From the IMG/VR virus record IMGVR_UViG_3300050160_000037, positions 1,565-65,564 of that record: 64,000 nt of DNA. The stretch is one strand, 5' to 3'. A program made the translations under genes and the position numbers. Below the pieces are notes generated by a model. It ran no database searches. It was not told the DNA's origin and was given only the letters and a program-made list of their open reading frames with translations. Below, one piece after another: positions 31,136-41,480 of the stretch. The first letter of the stretch is position 1. Every line of letters starts with the position of its first letter. The DNA comes from a virus (Duplodnaviria > Caudoviricetes).

Positions 31136-31972
31136 TTATGCTAGGTGCTCGTTGATGATCGAGACGATTTCCTCTGCCGAAGCATCATTTGGCAGAGTGA
31201 TTTCCTTGGACCAGTTTGGGTAGAAGATACCGAACTCACCTCCGAGCTTCACTTCGTCATGTGTGATGGCTGGATCTTCCTGCCATTTCACCGCAGCAAC
31301 GAGATGCTTGTTGGTATAGGTGACGGTTTGAATGTCATCTCGGATCAGGAAATACTGGGCATCGTGGATCTGGGCACAAGGCTTAATGTCCAGACGGAAC
31401 TTTCCTGCGCGGACCTTTGAGTTAAACTCGGTGCCAGCACGAGAGTTGAGCAGGCAGTAGCTCTGGCCTAGAGCATTGCCAGCCGTCCGACCTTCTGCTT
31501 CAGCTTGGAATGGTGTTTTCGAGTTGCCTCGGATCACCTGATGCAGCAGAGGTGTACGGAGCCTGAGACCGAAGGCCACCGTGACGTATCCGACACGGCT
31601 TGCTTCGTCGAGCTTGGTAGCAACCCAGTCGTCGCTGACCTTATATAGCTCATGGTATTTGGCTTCGATGGTCTTGGCCTGCTCTTCGCTAAAACCGCAG
31701 TTGGTCATCAGGGTTTTGAACGTACCCTGATAAGTGAGGGCGAAGGTTGGATCCTTGCTCTCCTGACGGATCGGCTTGTATTTTTTCTCGATGGAATTGA
31801 TGCTGGCCACTGATGTAGGATCGATGTCAGGCATCTTCTCTGGCCAATAGGTGTAAGCCCGTAGGCTATGCCCGTCGTAGCCGTCGGTGTTGCCTGCTCG
31901 TGTTACTGATCGAACTTTTGCACCTGCTGGTATCTCAAGAGTTGATCTGTTCAAGGTTGCGAATTGCGACAT
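31136..31972 (-). CDS. DNA polymerase (family A), C-terminal fragment
   Basis: TDGYDGHSL, motif B RQESKDPTFALTYQG and motif C AQIHDAQYF. Confidence 0.9.
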   Translation of the reverse strand: MSQFATLNRSTLEIPAGAKVRSVTRAGNTDGYDGHSLRAYTYWPEKMPDIDPTSVASINSIEKKYKPIRQESKDPTFALTYQGTFKTLMTNCGFSEEQAKTIEAKYHELYKVSDDWVATKLDEASRVGYVTVAFGLRLRTPLLHQVIRGNSKTPFQAEAEGRTAGNALGQSYCLLNSRAGTEFNSKVRAGKFRLDIKPCAQIHDAQYFLIRDDIQTVTYTNKHLVAAVKWQEDPAITHDEVKLGGEFGIFYPNWSKEITLPNDASAEEIVSIINEHLA

Positions 31973-32480
31973 CTTTTCTCCGACGTTTCATTTCGTGGTT
32001 CCAAAGATCACTTTGCCCGTTGGCTTGGGCGTGGCGTCTGAGCATCCCGGAAAGACTTTCTTCTTTACGCCCAATTTCAAATGCAATGTCTCGAATGAGT
32101 TCACCTTTAAGCACACGAACAACAAAAGAAGTTTTTTCGGTGTGGGACATAAAACCTGCCCGAAGACCTGTTTCGAGTGCGTGTTGTGCGTTGCCGACTT
32201 CACTCGTCCATTCCAAATTGTCTTCCCAGTTGTGGTGTTTAACACCATCTTTATGGTTCACTATTGGATGGCCATACGGATTAGGTATAAAATGCAAAGC
32301 CACCAGACGATGGACTAGAACTTGGTCATACCTACCATTCATTTTAAAATCGGCTTTCATGTATCCATTGTCTAGTTGGGTTTGGTTTTTCCATTCCTGC
32401 TTACCAAGATGCCATATTTTACCATCTCGGGTGATCATATACTTACGCTCAAAATGAGCTATCGGAACCATAAAGGTCAT
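31935..32480 (-). mobile_element. HNH homing endonuclease inserted in the DNA polymerase gene
   Basis: LVHRLVALHFIPNPYGHPIVNHKDGVKHHNWEDNLEW (HNH_3/NUMOD4 type). It overlaps both polymerase fragments and is more AT-rich than its flanks. Confidence 0.9.
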
Positions 32481-34458
32481 AGAACTGTTGCCCTGTGTAG
32501 GTTTTTCCATCATAACTAATCGTGTCATCATCACGGATATGATGGACAACCCCATCTATGTCAACAGCGTAGACGGCATGGCCGATGTAGACCTTCAGTT
32601 TGTTGGGATCCTTGGTGGTCAGAGCCGAGATGCGGTCTTCCAGTGAAGCGAAGTCCAGCCCACAGAACAGCCATCCGGGCGGTGCTTGAAAGCACTCCTT
32701 GATGAGCTTGGCGTACTTGCTGGATGCAGGCAGGTTCTGAAGGTTAGGGTTCGAGGAGCTGAGTCGGCCACTCTTGGTTCCACCAAGATTGAAATTCCCG
32801 AACAAATAATGCCAGCCATCGCTCCCACGCTGAGCATTCTTCAGCGATGGGATAAAGTCGGTGATAATTTTGTTGACAGCCTTGTAGTCCACCATGGCCT
32901 TCAGAAAGGCCAACACGTCAGGATCTGTCGTGTGGAACTGCAATGCTTTCAGCGTGTCACCATCGGTGCTGGGCTGTTTGCTATCCGTGAGACTGAGCAC
33001 AGGCAGCTTGAGGAACTCGAACAAGAGATCCTGAAGCTGGGGAGCTGAGTTTGGATTGAACACCTCGTGGGCGTCAACCATGGTCACACGTTTTTTCTTG
33101 TAGCTTTCGTTCTTCGCCTGCACCCATTTCTCATTGAGACGATAGGTGTATTGCTTGACCACGTTGGTGGATCTGATCGTGGTAACGGCAGCGTCCTCGT
33201 CGGCCAGCAGGAGCTGTTCGACTTCGAGCACACGTTTCATGTTCACCGGCATACCGGTGAGCTGCATCTGGATGATGTCTACCATGGAAGGCTGGAACAA
33301 CTCCTTGTAAACAGGGAGTTGTTGCTCAGCTACCATGGTTTTCCAGTGCTTGTCGTAGACGTACCAAGTGCTTAGTCCGTCCACCAAGTTATACTGGAGG
33401 AGATCCGGTAGAGGGATCTTCCGGATGTCTTTGATCTCATCCATGGCATAGTTGCCGGAATACTCCTGAGCTTGGTCTTTGAGACCGAGCTTGTTGCCAG
33501 CACAGGAATTGGTGGCGAGATAAGTAATTAGCTTGGTGCAGTCCCAGTTGCCTGAGTCGCCAAGCATGACTTCCAGACCATAAAGCAAGCCCTCTTGGTC
33601 GAGGGTATGCTTCATGAAAAGCTGGTAGATCAGTACGTACACATCGTAGCCGATGCTGTGCCACATGAGCCGGATGCCCTGCTGATGGCACAGCTCAAAG
33701 AACTGACGCAGCATGGCATGACGATGCTCGTTTTTCTGTTGAAAGCCGTAGGTGCTGTCGGCTTCTGCTACCCGAGGGGAGACACTGCTGTGGGGCACGT
33801 AGTCCACGGGAAAAGCAATTCCTTCTCCTTGGTTCCAGCAGAGCGTGATCGTTCCGATCCCTGCGTCATAGTGCTTCAGGCTGAATGCTTCGATGTCAGC
33901 GGTCAGCACCTTGTGTGAGTTGAGCAGCTTGAGTAGCCACCATTCGATCTCGCTGTCCGTGTTGGGATAGGCAGCGAACTTGATCACATCGTTGCCGGGG
34001 GCAACGTAATCACCAGCAAGGAAGCTGGTGATAGCGGCGAGGCCTTGAGTGATCTTGGCCCGAGTGTGCTCAGGGTTATAAAAGATCTGTGTGTAGCTGG
34101 GGGCGTAGGCTACTTTGAATGAACCAAAGAAGCTGTCCATCATGTAGCCAAGGTTGGCTTCGATCTTGGCAGCCTTGGTGAACGCCTTGAAATACTCACC
34201 GTCTGAGCAGATGACTGCTTCGACTTTGAGGTCTTCCAGAACGGGTGCCAGCTCTTCAGTGATGAAGGCTCGCATTTCCGTCATGGAAGTTTTCTTTTTG
34301 CCCTCGGCATAGTGCAAGGCAATGACGATGAGGTCATTGGGGTTTATGCCTGTGTCGGTCAGGTAGACTTGACGGATTTCCTCCTTGCGGATCACGGGAA
34401 CCAAGAGGCAGACCTTGTAGGTAGCCTGCTCGGTGTCGGAGAAAAAGGCGTACTGCAT
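32449..34458 (-). CDS. DNA polymerase (family A), N-terminal fragment with 3'-5' exonuclease
   Basis: Exo I motif TADIEAF, GRLSSSNPNLQNLP and motif A LDFASLEDRI. Confidence 0.92.
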   Translation of the reverse strand: MQYAFFSDTEQATYKVCLLVPVIRKEEIRQVYLTDTGINPNDLIVIALHYAEGKKKTSMTEMRAFITEELAPVLEDLKVEAVICSDGEYFKAFTKAAKIEANLGYMMDSFFGSFKVAYAPSYTQIFYNPEHTRAKITQGLAAITSFLAGDYVAPGNDVIKFAAYPNTDSEIEWWLLKLLNSHKVLTADIEAFSLKHYDAGIGTITLCWNQGEGIAFPVDYVPHSSVSPRVAEADSTYGFQQKNEHRHAMLRQFFELCHQQGIRLMWHSIGYDVYVLIYQLFMKHTLDQEGLLYGLEVMLGDSGNWDCTKLITYLATNSCAGNKLGLKDQAQEYSGNYAMDEIKDIRKIPLPDLLQYNLVDGLSTWYVYDKHWKTMVAEQQLPVYKELFQPSMVDIIQMQLTGMPVNMKRVLEVEQLLLADEDAAVTTIRSTNVVKQYTYRLNEKWVQAKNESYKKKRVTMVDAHEVFNPNSAPQLQDLLFEFLKLPVLSLTDSKQPSTDGDTLKALQFHTTDPDVLAFLKAMVDYKAVNKIITDFIPSLKNAQRGSDGWHYLFGNFNLGGTKSGRLSSSNPNLQNLPASSKYAKLIKECFQAPPGWLFCGLDFASLEDRISALTTKDPNKLKVYIGHAVYAVDIDGVVHHIRDDDTISYDGKTYTGQQFYDLYGSDSSF

Positions 34459-34472
34459 CTGGAGAGCAACCC

Positions 34473-34997
34473 TTAGTAGAGCAAGCGAGCGGCGGAATAC
34501 ATTTCGATCTTGGGCAGAAGATCGTTGAACTGTCGGCTGCCACGGGTGTCAGACCGAAGCGTGTAGCCCACTTCGTTGTGCCGGGGTAAGCTGGCCAGTG
34601 CAGGGATCATCTGAGAGAGGCAGTCAGGTAGCGTATCCCGCATCTCCTGCAAGCTCTCAGCCGGGCTTGCCAGCTTAAAAATGATCTGGGAAATCAGTGC
34701 CTGATCCTCGGTGATTTGCTGACTGTCCTTGAGGTGCCACTTCATTTCCTCGTCGAGCGACTCGTGGAGTGTTACCTTTGGGGCACCCGGAGAGGTCTGG
34801 AAGCCCTCTGCCGTGTAGTATTCCCCATAGTAGAGGAAGCCTGAAGCCGATGTGCTGGTCATCTCGTTGTTGCGACGGATGAGCTGGGCTATCGTCTTGT
34901 CGAGACGACGATGCTCAGCAGCAAACAGGCTCTTGGTCAGATGCTGGATCACCTTGAAGATCGAGGTGTTGGTCGCAGGCATTTTGATGGTGGACAT
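34473..34997 (-). CDS. Conserved N4-like hypothetical protein (between helicase and polymerase)
   Basis: 174-aa ORF in the syntenic position of N4 gp38. Confidence 0.7.
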   Translation of the reverse strand: MSTIKMPATNTSIFKVIQHLTKSLFAAEHRRLDKTIAQLIRRNNEMTSTSASGFLYYGEYYTAEGFQTSPGAPKVTLHESLDEEMKWHLKDSQQITEDQALISQIIFKLASPAESLQEMRDTLPDCLSQMIPALASLPRHNEVGYTLRSDTRGSRQFNDLLPKIEMYSAARLLY

Positions 34998-35006
34998 GGC
35001 GTGCTC

Positions 35007-36320
35007 CTAGAGCTTGAGGCCGCCATATTTCTCGGCCAGCTCTCCGTAGAAGACCACATGTTTGCGGGCACGGGAAGCAGCCACGTAGAGCATACGGGCA
35101 GCCTGCGATGGGTTATGGCAGGTGCTGATATTGGCAGCGTCAATGAACACAGTGTCCATGGACGAGCCTTGGGCTTTGTAGACAGTCGAGCTGTCACGCT
35201 GGCGAAGATCCAGAACCTGCTTCTTCAGATTGTACATCTTGGCCCAGTCCTTGCGGCTGGCCAGCCATTTGACCATGGCAGTGAAGTGGTTTCGGTCTTT
35301 TGGTATCCTGACGTTGGTGAACGTCATGCCCAGACGGTTACGAACGTCACAGTCGTAGACGTCGATGAAGATGTCTTCACCGTTGAATGTGTCGATCATA
35401 TGCCGGTGGGTGTGGGGCGACATCCGGAGGATTTCGACCTCTTCTTCAACCGACAGCATGTAGCCCTTGAGGGGTACAGCGTTGTTGTTGATGAGAAACT
35501 CACCGGTTGTAAACTCGTCAGGAAGCCCACGCAAACCACGGATGTGGTCGTTGTACTCGACCGTTCGTTTGTTGGTATAAGCGAGGATGCGGGCATCTAG
35601 CGTTTGCTGGCTGAACTGGGCATGGACAGCAGCTTGCATCTGCTGATCGTTGAACCAATCGATGATGCCGGGGACGATCTGGATCGGTAGGAATTGTCCT
35701 GTCTCAACGGTTACCCGAAGCTGCTTGTTGAGGGCGTGCAGCTCAGGGATGCTGGTCCGCATTGGTTCCGACAGATGCCAGAACGGAATGTTGTTGCAGA
35801 ACACAGGGCTGATCGTCTCAGTGATCGGGGCCATTTGACAATGGTCACCAACATAAACGATCTTGCAGTCCTGTGTGCCTTCATGGATGATGTTGTGCAG
35901 CGGTGTATCGACGAGTGAACACTCATCGACGACAAGGATCTTGCTGCGATGCACTTCCCATGAGCGGGTCTTGGTAAGTGAGCTTCGACCGGTGGAATAA
36001 TCCTCGGTTACCTTGAGGTTGAGAAAACTCTGCACCGTGCTGGTGGGACGAAGGCATTGGGTGCTGAGCACCTCGGCTGCCTTGTTGGTAGTGCTGGTCA
36101 TCGCCACGCTGTCATATATCGGGGGGATTCCCATCATCTTGCAGGTGTCGAAATAGACCGGGAGGATCTGGTCGATCATGTGGCCAAGCAAGAAAGTCTT
36201 GCCGGTGCCACCGGGGCCAGTGATACCCATCTCCTTGTTTGGGCCAAGCAAGAATTGGAAGAAGCCGTCGGCTGCTTCTTTCTGCTCTTTGTTGAGAGAC
36301 GGTGAGGTTTCTTGATCCAT
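35007..36320 (-). CDS. SF1 DNA helicase (Dda/RecD-like, N4 gp37-like)
   Basis: GPGGTGKT, LVVDECS, VGDHCQMAP, TVYKAQGSS and YVAASRAR. Confidence 0.92.
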   Translation of the reverse strand: MDQETSPSLNKEQKEAADGFFQFLLGPNKEMGITGPGGTGKTFLLGHMIDQILPVYFDTCKMMGIPPIYDSVAMTSTTNKAAEVLSTQCLRPTSTVQSFLNLKVTEDYSTGRSSLTKTRSWEVHRSKILVVDECSLVDTPLHNIIHEGTQDCKIVYVGDHCQMAPITETISPVFCNNIPFWHLSEPMRTSIPELHALNKQLRVTVETGQFLPIQIVPGIIDWFNDQQMQAAVHAQFSQQTLDARILAYTNKRTVEYNDHIRGLRGLPDEFTTGEFLINNNAVPLKGYMLSVEEEVEILRMSPHTHRHMIDTFNGEDIFIDVYDCDVRNRLGMTFTNVRIPKDRNHFTAMVKWLASRKDWAKMYNLKKQVLDLRQRDSSTVYKAQGSSMDTVFIDAANISTCHNPSQAARMLYVAASRARKHVVFYGELAEKYGGLKL

Positions 36321-36378
36321 TTCTGGTTCCTAGACACAACTGTGGCCCTGATGCCTGAGCACCAGAGCCACTAATTGT

Positions 36379-36849
36379 TCAGTTGATGAAGGGAGTGAGG
36401 TCGGCCTTGAAATAGTCCGGACCTTTGGCGATCTTGCCGTTGGCATCCTTGATGCACTGGCCGTCGATGAACTTGGACCAGTTGGAAGCATCGACCTCAG
36501 CAAGAGCCGGAGCGATGTCGTAGCCCATAAAGCGGGCACAGCCGGTAGCCGTCACGATCTGATCACAGAACGAGTCGAGGAGATTGAGGTGGTTGCTGTC
36601 ATCCACCATGAACACAACATCGGTGCTCTGCTTGAAGTGGTCAGCCAGCTCCTTCATGGCAAGCTTGGCCTTGGCCAGAAGGACTTCGGTCTCGGGTTCG
36701 AGAGCCGAAAGCTCTTGAAGCATCTCGGTGATCTCTTCGAAGTGGACGCCGAATTGAACCTGCACGTCACGGACGCTGCGGGTCTCGTCAGGTTTGGCGG
36801 TTTCGAACCAGTTGGCAATCCGCTGGATGAGGGTGTTTTCGATGCTCAC
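36379..36849 (-). CDS. MazG-like nucleotide pyrophosphohydrolase
   Basis: EEITEM...LLDSFCDQIVTATG...EVDASNWSKF...DANGKIAKGPDYFKADL. Confidence 0.8.
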   Translation of the reverse strand: MSIENTLIQRIANWFETAKPDETRSVRDVQVQFGVHFEEITEMLQELSALEPETEVLLAKAKLAMKELADHFKQSTDVVFMVDDSNHLNLLDSFCDQIVTATGCARFMGYDIAPALAEVDASNWSKFIDGQCIKDANGKIAKGPDYFKADLTPFIN

Positions 36850-37169
36850 GGTTTGGGGTGGCCTTTTGCTTGCTGGGCCAGATATTCCTTGGCCAGCAGG
36901 TTGGTGATGAACTGCTTAATCGACAGGTGAGGACCGAGCTGATCAGCGAGCCAATCTGTCTGGTTCGTGGTCAGGCTCTTGATCACATCCTCCATGAACG
37001 TCCGACGAGTGTCAGCCGGTGGAATGCCGAGCGACTTGAGCCGTTGGGTAATGGTGGTGTGGTGGCAACCGAGAAGCTCAGCGATGGTCGCAAGCGACAG
37101 GCCTACGCTGTTCAGACGAATGATGTCTGCATCATGAGCTTTGCGGTTGGCTCTGTGAACTGAGGACAT
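36846..37169 (-). CDS. HTH DNA-binding protein (N4-like conserved)
   Basis: IIRLNSVGLSLATIAELLGCHHTTITQRL. Confidence 0.75.
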   Translation of the reverse strand: MSSVHRANRKAHDADIIRLNSVGLSLATIAELLGCHHTTITQRLKSLGIPPADTRRTFMEDVIKSLTTNQTDWLADQLGPHLSIKQFITNLLAKEYLAQQAKGHPKP

Positions 37170-37253
37170 GTTTGGTGTTTCCCAAGAAAAGATCTCCCAC
37201 CCCCTATATAGGGATGGGAGATCATTATCAAGTTATCTTGGAAGGCTAGGAGC

Positions 37254-38987
37254 TTAAGCCCAGTCGGGCTTGTTGACCTTGATCCGGTCGATCTCCTTGG
37301 CGGTGAAGCCGAGGATGGTCCACGACTTCTTGCATTCCTTCTGGTGCCGCCAGAGGCTGCCCCAGCGGGACTTGTCGCCAGCGATGGCGTCATTGAAGAG
37401 CTGGCGGGCGACTTCAGCACGAGTGCCAGACATGTTCAGTTCCTTGGGTGTCGGCGGCTCAGTTCGCTTCGCCGGGGGCGAAGCGACCTTCGCGTCGCTG
37501 GGTTCGTTGACGGGTTCAGGCTGGCCATTGGTCACAGGTGACTGGCCATCCTTGGTGGAGAGGATCAGGGTGGTCTCTTCGGCACTAAAGCCGAGAGCTT
37601 CCCAGCTCTTCTTGGCTGCCTTCTTCAAGGCGAACAGCTCGGTGATCTTGTTCGTGGTGAACAGGGCACGAGCCTGATCGGCCTTGGTGGGTGCAGCATT
37701 GCCCTTGGCAGCACGCTGCTCCGTGAGAGTGGCAGCGATCTTCTTGGGATCGACGACCGGAGCATCGAGCTTCTTTGGTTCCACCTTGACCGGATCAGGA
37801 ACAGCCGGGGTGACCGGAGTTTCCTTCTTGATCTGAGGCTTGATTGTGCTGGCACCCTCAACAGGTGTGACCACCACGTTGGAGCCAGAAGCTCCCCCAA
37901 TGGTGACGTATTCGGTGATGCCGATGTGATCACCCTGAATGGCCATGGTGAGCAGCTTCAGGGCATTGGTTCCCTGCATCGCAGTGTTGCTGCGAAGGGT
38001 GCCATGTTCGGTCGAAGGCACTTTGCCGATGATGTGATAGCCGGAAACCCGAACCTTGTTCGGTTCACCATGAGGCACAGCGATCACGTCTTCGGGGTTG
38101 ATCTTCACCATGACGATGATGTCACCGGGGAAGCCGGTGAGATAGCCACGACGGGCAATGTGCAGCCCAGTGGAACACTGGGTACGACGACTCGGATCGA
38201 TCAGCTTTTCGTCCTGACGAACGAACGAGCCGACCTTCTGGGGCACACGGCGAGTGTGGCAGTCGTAGAACGTGGTGGCTTCCTTGCCTTTGCCGTTGCT
38301 GGTCAGCACCTTGTAGGCGATGATGGTGCCATCATCAGCCAGAGGCAAATCACCAAGGTCCATGAACCGGAGTACGTCATCGACGGTGTGCTCACGCTTG
38401 GAGATCGCAGCACCGAGACGGCGAAGGAATGCTTCCATGCCCTTGGTGTTGTCGAACTTGGTGGCGTGAGCGATCTGACGCTTGACGCTTTCGACGCCCG
38501 GCACAGCCGCCTTGTTGCCCTTGCCGTCATCGACCACGGCCACGATGGTGTGATCATCGGTGGTGTCAGCCTCGTTGTAGTTTTCCGAGGTGACCGGCTC
38601 AGCATGAGCCATGATGTCGGCAATGGCTGCCTGCAACTTGGTTCCCGGCACCGTGCCGACGGTAGTCGGATCGATGTGCATGACCGGCTCTTCCAGCTCA
38701 TCACCGATGAGCAGGGAGGTGACCTTGTGCTTGAGCACACGGAAGAAGCGGGTGAAGCCACCGGCCTTCTTTTCGTAGTCGGCGTAGGTGGTGTCCTTGG
38801 ACGCTGCCTGCGGTGCATGGATGGTGACGGTTGCCACCATGCCAGCTTCGACGATGGGGGTGACTTCGTTCAGGATCGGCAGAAGCCGTTTGTCACCCTG
38901 AGGGATGGTGTAGGTAGTACCGTCTTCACGGTAGAGAGTGAGCTGGGTCTTATCGACCACAGCAGCAATGACACGAATTTGGGTCAT
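37254..38987 (-). CDS. rIIB: rIIB-like protein
   Basis: LPLADDGTIIAYK...CSTGLHIA...VKINPEDVIAVP...KVRVSGYHI, directly downstream of rIIA. Confidence 0.9.
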   Translation of the reverse strand: MTQIRVIAAVVDKTQLTLYREDGTTYTIPQGDKRLLPILNEVTPIVEAGMVATVTIHAPQAASKDTTYADYEKKAGGFTRFFRVLKHKVTSLLIGDELEEPVMHIDPTTVGTVPGTKLQAAIADIMAHAEPVTSENYNEADTTDDHTIVAVVDDGKGNKAAVPGVESVKRQIAHATKFDNTKGMEAFLRRLGAAISKREHTVDDVLRFMDLGDLPLADDGTIIAYKVLTSNGKGKEATTFYDCHTRRVPQKVGSFVRQDEKLIDPSRRTQCSTGLHIARRGYLTGFPGDIIVMVKINPEDVIAVPHGEPNKVRVSGYHIIGKVPSTEHGTLRSNTAMQGTNALKLLTMAIQGDHIGITEYVTIGGASGSNVVVTPVEGASTIKPQIKKETPVTPAVPDPVKVEPKKLDAPVVDPKKIAATLTEQRAAKGNAAPTKADQARALFTTNKITELFALKKAAKKSWEALGFSAEETTLILSTKDGQSPVTNGQPEPVNEPSDAKVASPPAKRTEPPTPKELNMSGTRAEVARQLFNDAIAGDKSRWGSLWRHQKECKKSWTILGFTAKEIDRIKVNKPDWA

Positions 38988-38990
38988 GAT

Positions 38991-41480
38991 TTAAGCCTCG
39001 ATTGCGTTGAGCAGCATGTCACGGATCAAGGTTCGTCGCTGCGGGGTGACCTTGGTAGCACTTTTGAGGACTTCCTCCAAGAAACTTTCGTCAAAGACTT
39101 GGAGAACGTCTGATTTCCGGACCTGATCGAACAGATCCATAACCTTCTGGTCCACCAAGAAAGTTGCGAGAAGCTCCTCGATCTTCTGGTAGAAGCCCTT
39201 GGTTCCCCGCAGGCCTTCGGACTTGAACTCCTGCCACATGGTCAGGTACATCTTGTCCTTCTCGGTCATGGTTTGAACCAACCCGAAATACTCGACCAAA
39301 TCCTTGTCTGCGTAGACCGCTCCCAAGAGCTTGTGCTCCCGAGAATAATCGAAACGGCCATAGGCCTTCTTCATGATCACATCGCTGCGGTTCCACATGA
39401 ACGGCAGTGAAGCCCGGATGCAGGGATTGGTCAGAAGCTGGGCGTGGATTTTTTCGAGGACGAAATCGACATAGAGCATAGCTCCAGCTCCCACGTACTT
39501 GTCCTGCTGGTTCGCGTTGACGACGAAGCCACCTTCATCCCCCCACTCGTTGATGATGAACAACGAGACGGACTGGGAATGATGCTCGAACTTGTAGTTC
39601 TCCTGTGCCTTGGGGCTGTACTTGATCACGAACTTGGGTTCGCTCACAAGATCTTCAGTCACCGTTGCAGGTTTGGATAGGTCGATCAGACCGGCGATGG
39701 TCAGTACCGAGGTCACTTTCGGAAGACCCTTGCGGCGAGGAGCCACAGGGTATTCACGAGGCTGAGGAGCAGCAGCTTCGACATGCTCCCAAGGCTGGGC
39801 CTTAGTGAGATCCAGAACGACAAAACCACGCTTCTGGAAAAACTCCAGAGCTGCTTCGACCTTCTTGGGTGAGCGAGCCACCGTGTAGACGAACACATCT
39901 TCGGTGGTGCCGAGCCAGTGCTTCATGATCGGGAAGTTTGATGCCCGATCTTCGACATCGATCCTGTTGTGAGCAAGGATCACAATCTTACGGAGGAACT
40001 TCAGGAAGCCCCACAGCTTGCGATCAGGCAGCTCTCTGTGCCGGAACAGCTTGATGTCGCCCCAGCGTTCATCACGGTTGCGACCACGAAGGAACAGCTT
40101 GTCCTCGTGCATCATGGGATCGGCCATGAGGCCTTTGACGAGAGGCCACATCAGGTTCTTTTGGAACCAACCCTTGCCGGGATCGATGTAGCTCCATTGG
40201 TTTTTGGCTTTCGGATCGTTGAAGTGCTTTGACAGCTCAGCACGGAAGCTCTTGAAGAGCCTACGATCACCGAAGCCAGCTTCTATGAGTGCGTCAATGC
40301 GATGCAGGTGCTCACGCTCCTTGAAGCCCTTGTAATCAGGGTACTTGGCGGAAGCGTATCGACCGATGAACTGCTCGAAGTTGGTGACAATCGGTTCGAT
40401 GTCACGGTCGCCGGGGGCGTTCGGGATTTTGTCTTTGGTCTCGAAGATGACCTTCGGGGCGCTAGTGAGCCAGACATTGTTGATGCTGTCCACCATGACC
40501 TTGTTGCAGCCCGACTCGATGCGAGGCAGGGCTACGCCAAGAAAGTCTTTCAGCATGGCACCGATGATAGCCACCGTGCCTTCCTGCATGGACAAAGCCT
40601 CACGACTGGGCGTGATCGAAATCTCGCTGGCTGGTGCCTGAAACACGATCTTCATGTCAGAATTGAAGCTGCCAGAACGACCGGGGATCTTGGCCAAAAT
40701 GGTTTCGATCTGGTTGTATTCTCGGTGGAAAGACTCATGGATTTCTACGGGATAGATAACATGTCCGTACCGGATGAGAACTCGCTGACGGGTTTCGATC
40801 AGGGGCTGATCGGTCATGAGCCAGCCGTGCTCTATCAGATTGAATGGGAGCACAGGGATCATGGCACCGTTGAAACGGACCTTCATCTCACCGTTGCGAG
40901 CAATACGCCTGATGAGGATTTCGAACCGGTGATAGTCCTTCCTCTGGTTCAGCTTGATGCGAACCTGAAGGCCCTGCTCAGTGGTGGGCACAGTGACGAT
41001 GGGCACGATGGCCGGGCGTCCACCGACTTCAGCGTTGGACTTGGACATGTTGTAGACCGTCATGGTCTTGTCTTCAATGGACCACGAGGTCACCTCGAAG
41101 TGGTCACCATAAGCGAATGGCGATTTGCAGCCGAGGCCGAAGCCACCGGTCTGACGCTTGTCAGCCTTTTTGGTGGATCCACCATAGGTGCCGTAGACCG
41201 GGCCGATCAGGCGATGGGGAATGCCGTTGCCGAAATCACGAATGACCAGTTCTTCTTCGGTCAGAATGACATGGAGAGCCTTGTCCGTGTTGCCGGACTC
41301 GACGTGAGCATCCCATGCGTTGCAAAGGGTCTCACGGATGACGGCAAGCTCAGGATCAGTATAGAGTGCTTTGGAAAGCACATTCATCAGAGCAGCGTCA
41401 TCGGAGACGCCAAAGTTGATGGCCTGCTTGCCACCGATCACCGCATGGGTGACATGATCTGCTACCTGAGAAACTTCCAC
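38991..41480 (-). CDS. rIIA: rIIA-like protein (GHKL ATPase N-terminus)
   Basis: LYTDPELAVIRETLCNAWDAH, IRDFGNGI, and STK...TGGFGLGCKSPFAY. Confidence 0.92.
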   Translation of the reverse strand: MEVSQVADHVTHAVIGGKQAINFGVSDDAALMNVLSKALYTDPELAVIRETLCNAWDAHVESGNTDKALHVILTEEELVIRDFGNGIPHRLIGPVYGTYGGSTKKADKRQTGGFGLGCKSPFAYGDHFEVTSWSIEDKTMTVYNMSKSNAEVGGRPAIVPIVTVPTTEQGLQVRIKLNQRKDYHRFEILIRRIARNGEMKVRFNGAMIPVLPFNLIEHGWLMTDQPLIETRQRVLIRYGHVIYPVEIHESFHREYNQIETILAKIPGRSGSFNSDMKIVFQAPASEISITPSREALSMQEGTVAIIGAMLKDFLGVALPRIESGCNKVMVDSINNVWLTSAPKVIFETKDKIPNAPGDRDIEPIVTNFEQFIGRYASAKYPDYKGFKEREHLHRIDALIEAGFGDRRLFKSFRAELSKHFNDPKAKNQWSYIDPGKGWFQKNLMWPLVKGLMADPMMHEDKLFLRGRNRDERWGDIKLFRHRELPDRKLWGFLKFLRKIVILAHNRIDVEDRASNFPIMKHWLGTTEDVFVYTVARSPKKVEAALEFFQKRGFVVLDLTKAQPWEHVEAAAPQPREYPVAPRRKGLPKVTSVLTIAGLIDLSKPATVTEDLVSEPKFVIKYSPKAQENYKFEHHSQSVSLFIINEWGDEGGFVVNANQQDKYVGAGAMLYVDFVLEKIHAQLLTNPCIRASLPFMWNRSDVIMKKAYGRFDYSREHKLLGAVYADKDLVEYFGLVQTMTEKDKMYLTMWQEFKSEGLRGTKGFYQKIEELLATFLVDQKVMDLFDQVRKSDVLQVFDESFLEEVLKSATKVTPQRRTLIRDMLLNAIEA

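Noticed and set aside
31889-32586. Group I intron or in-frame intein in DNA polymerase
   Set aside because: The insert is almost fully occupied by overlapping ORFs, no U|...G| splice register fits, it contains stops and is not a multiple of 3, and it has no N-terminal Cys/Ser. It is kept only as a split-gene hypothesis.
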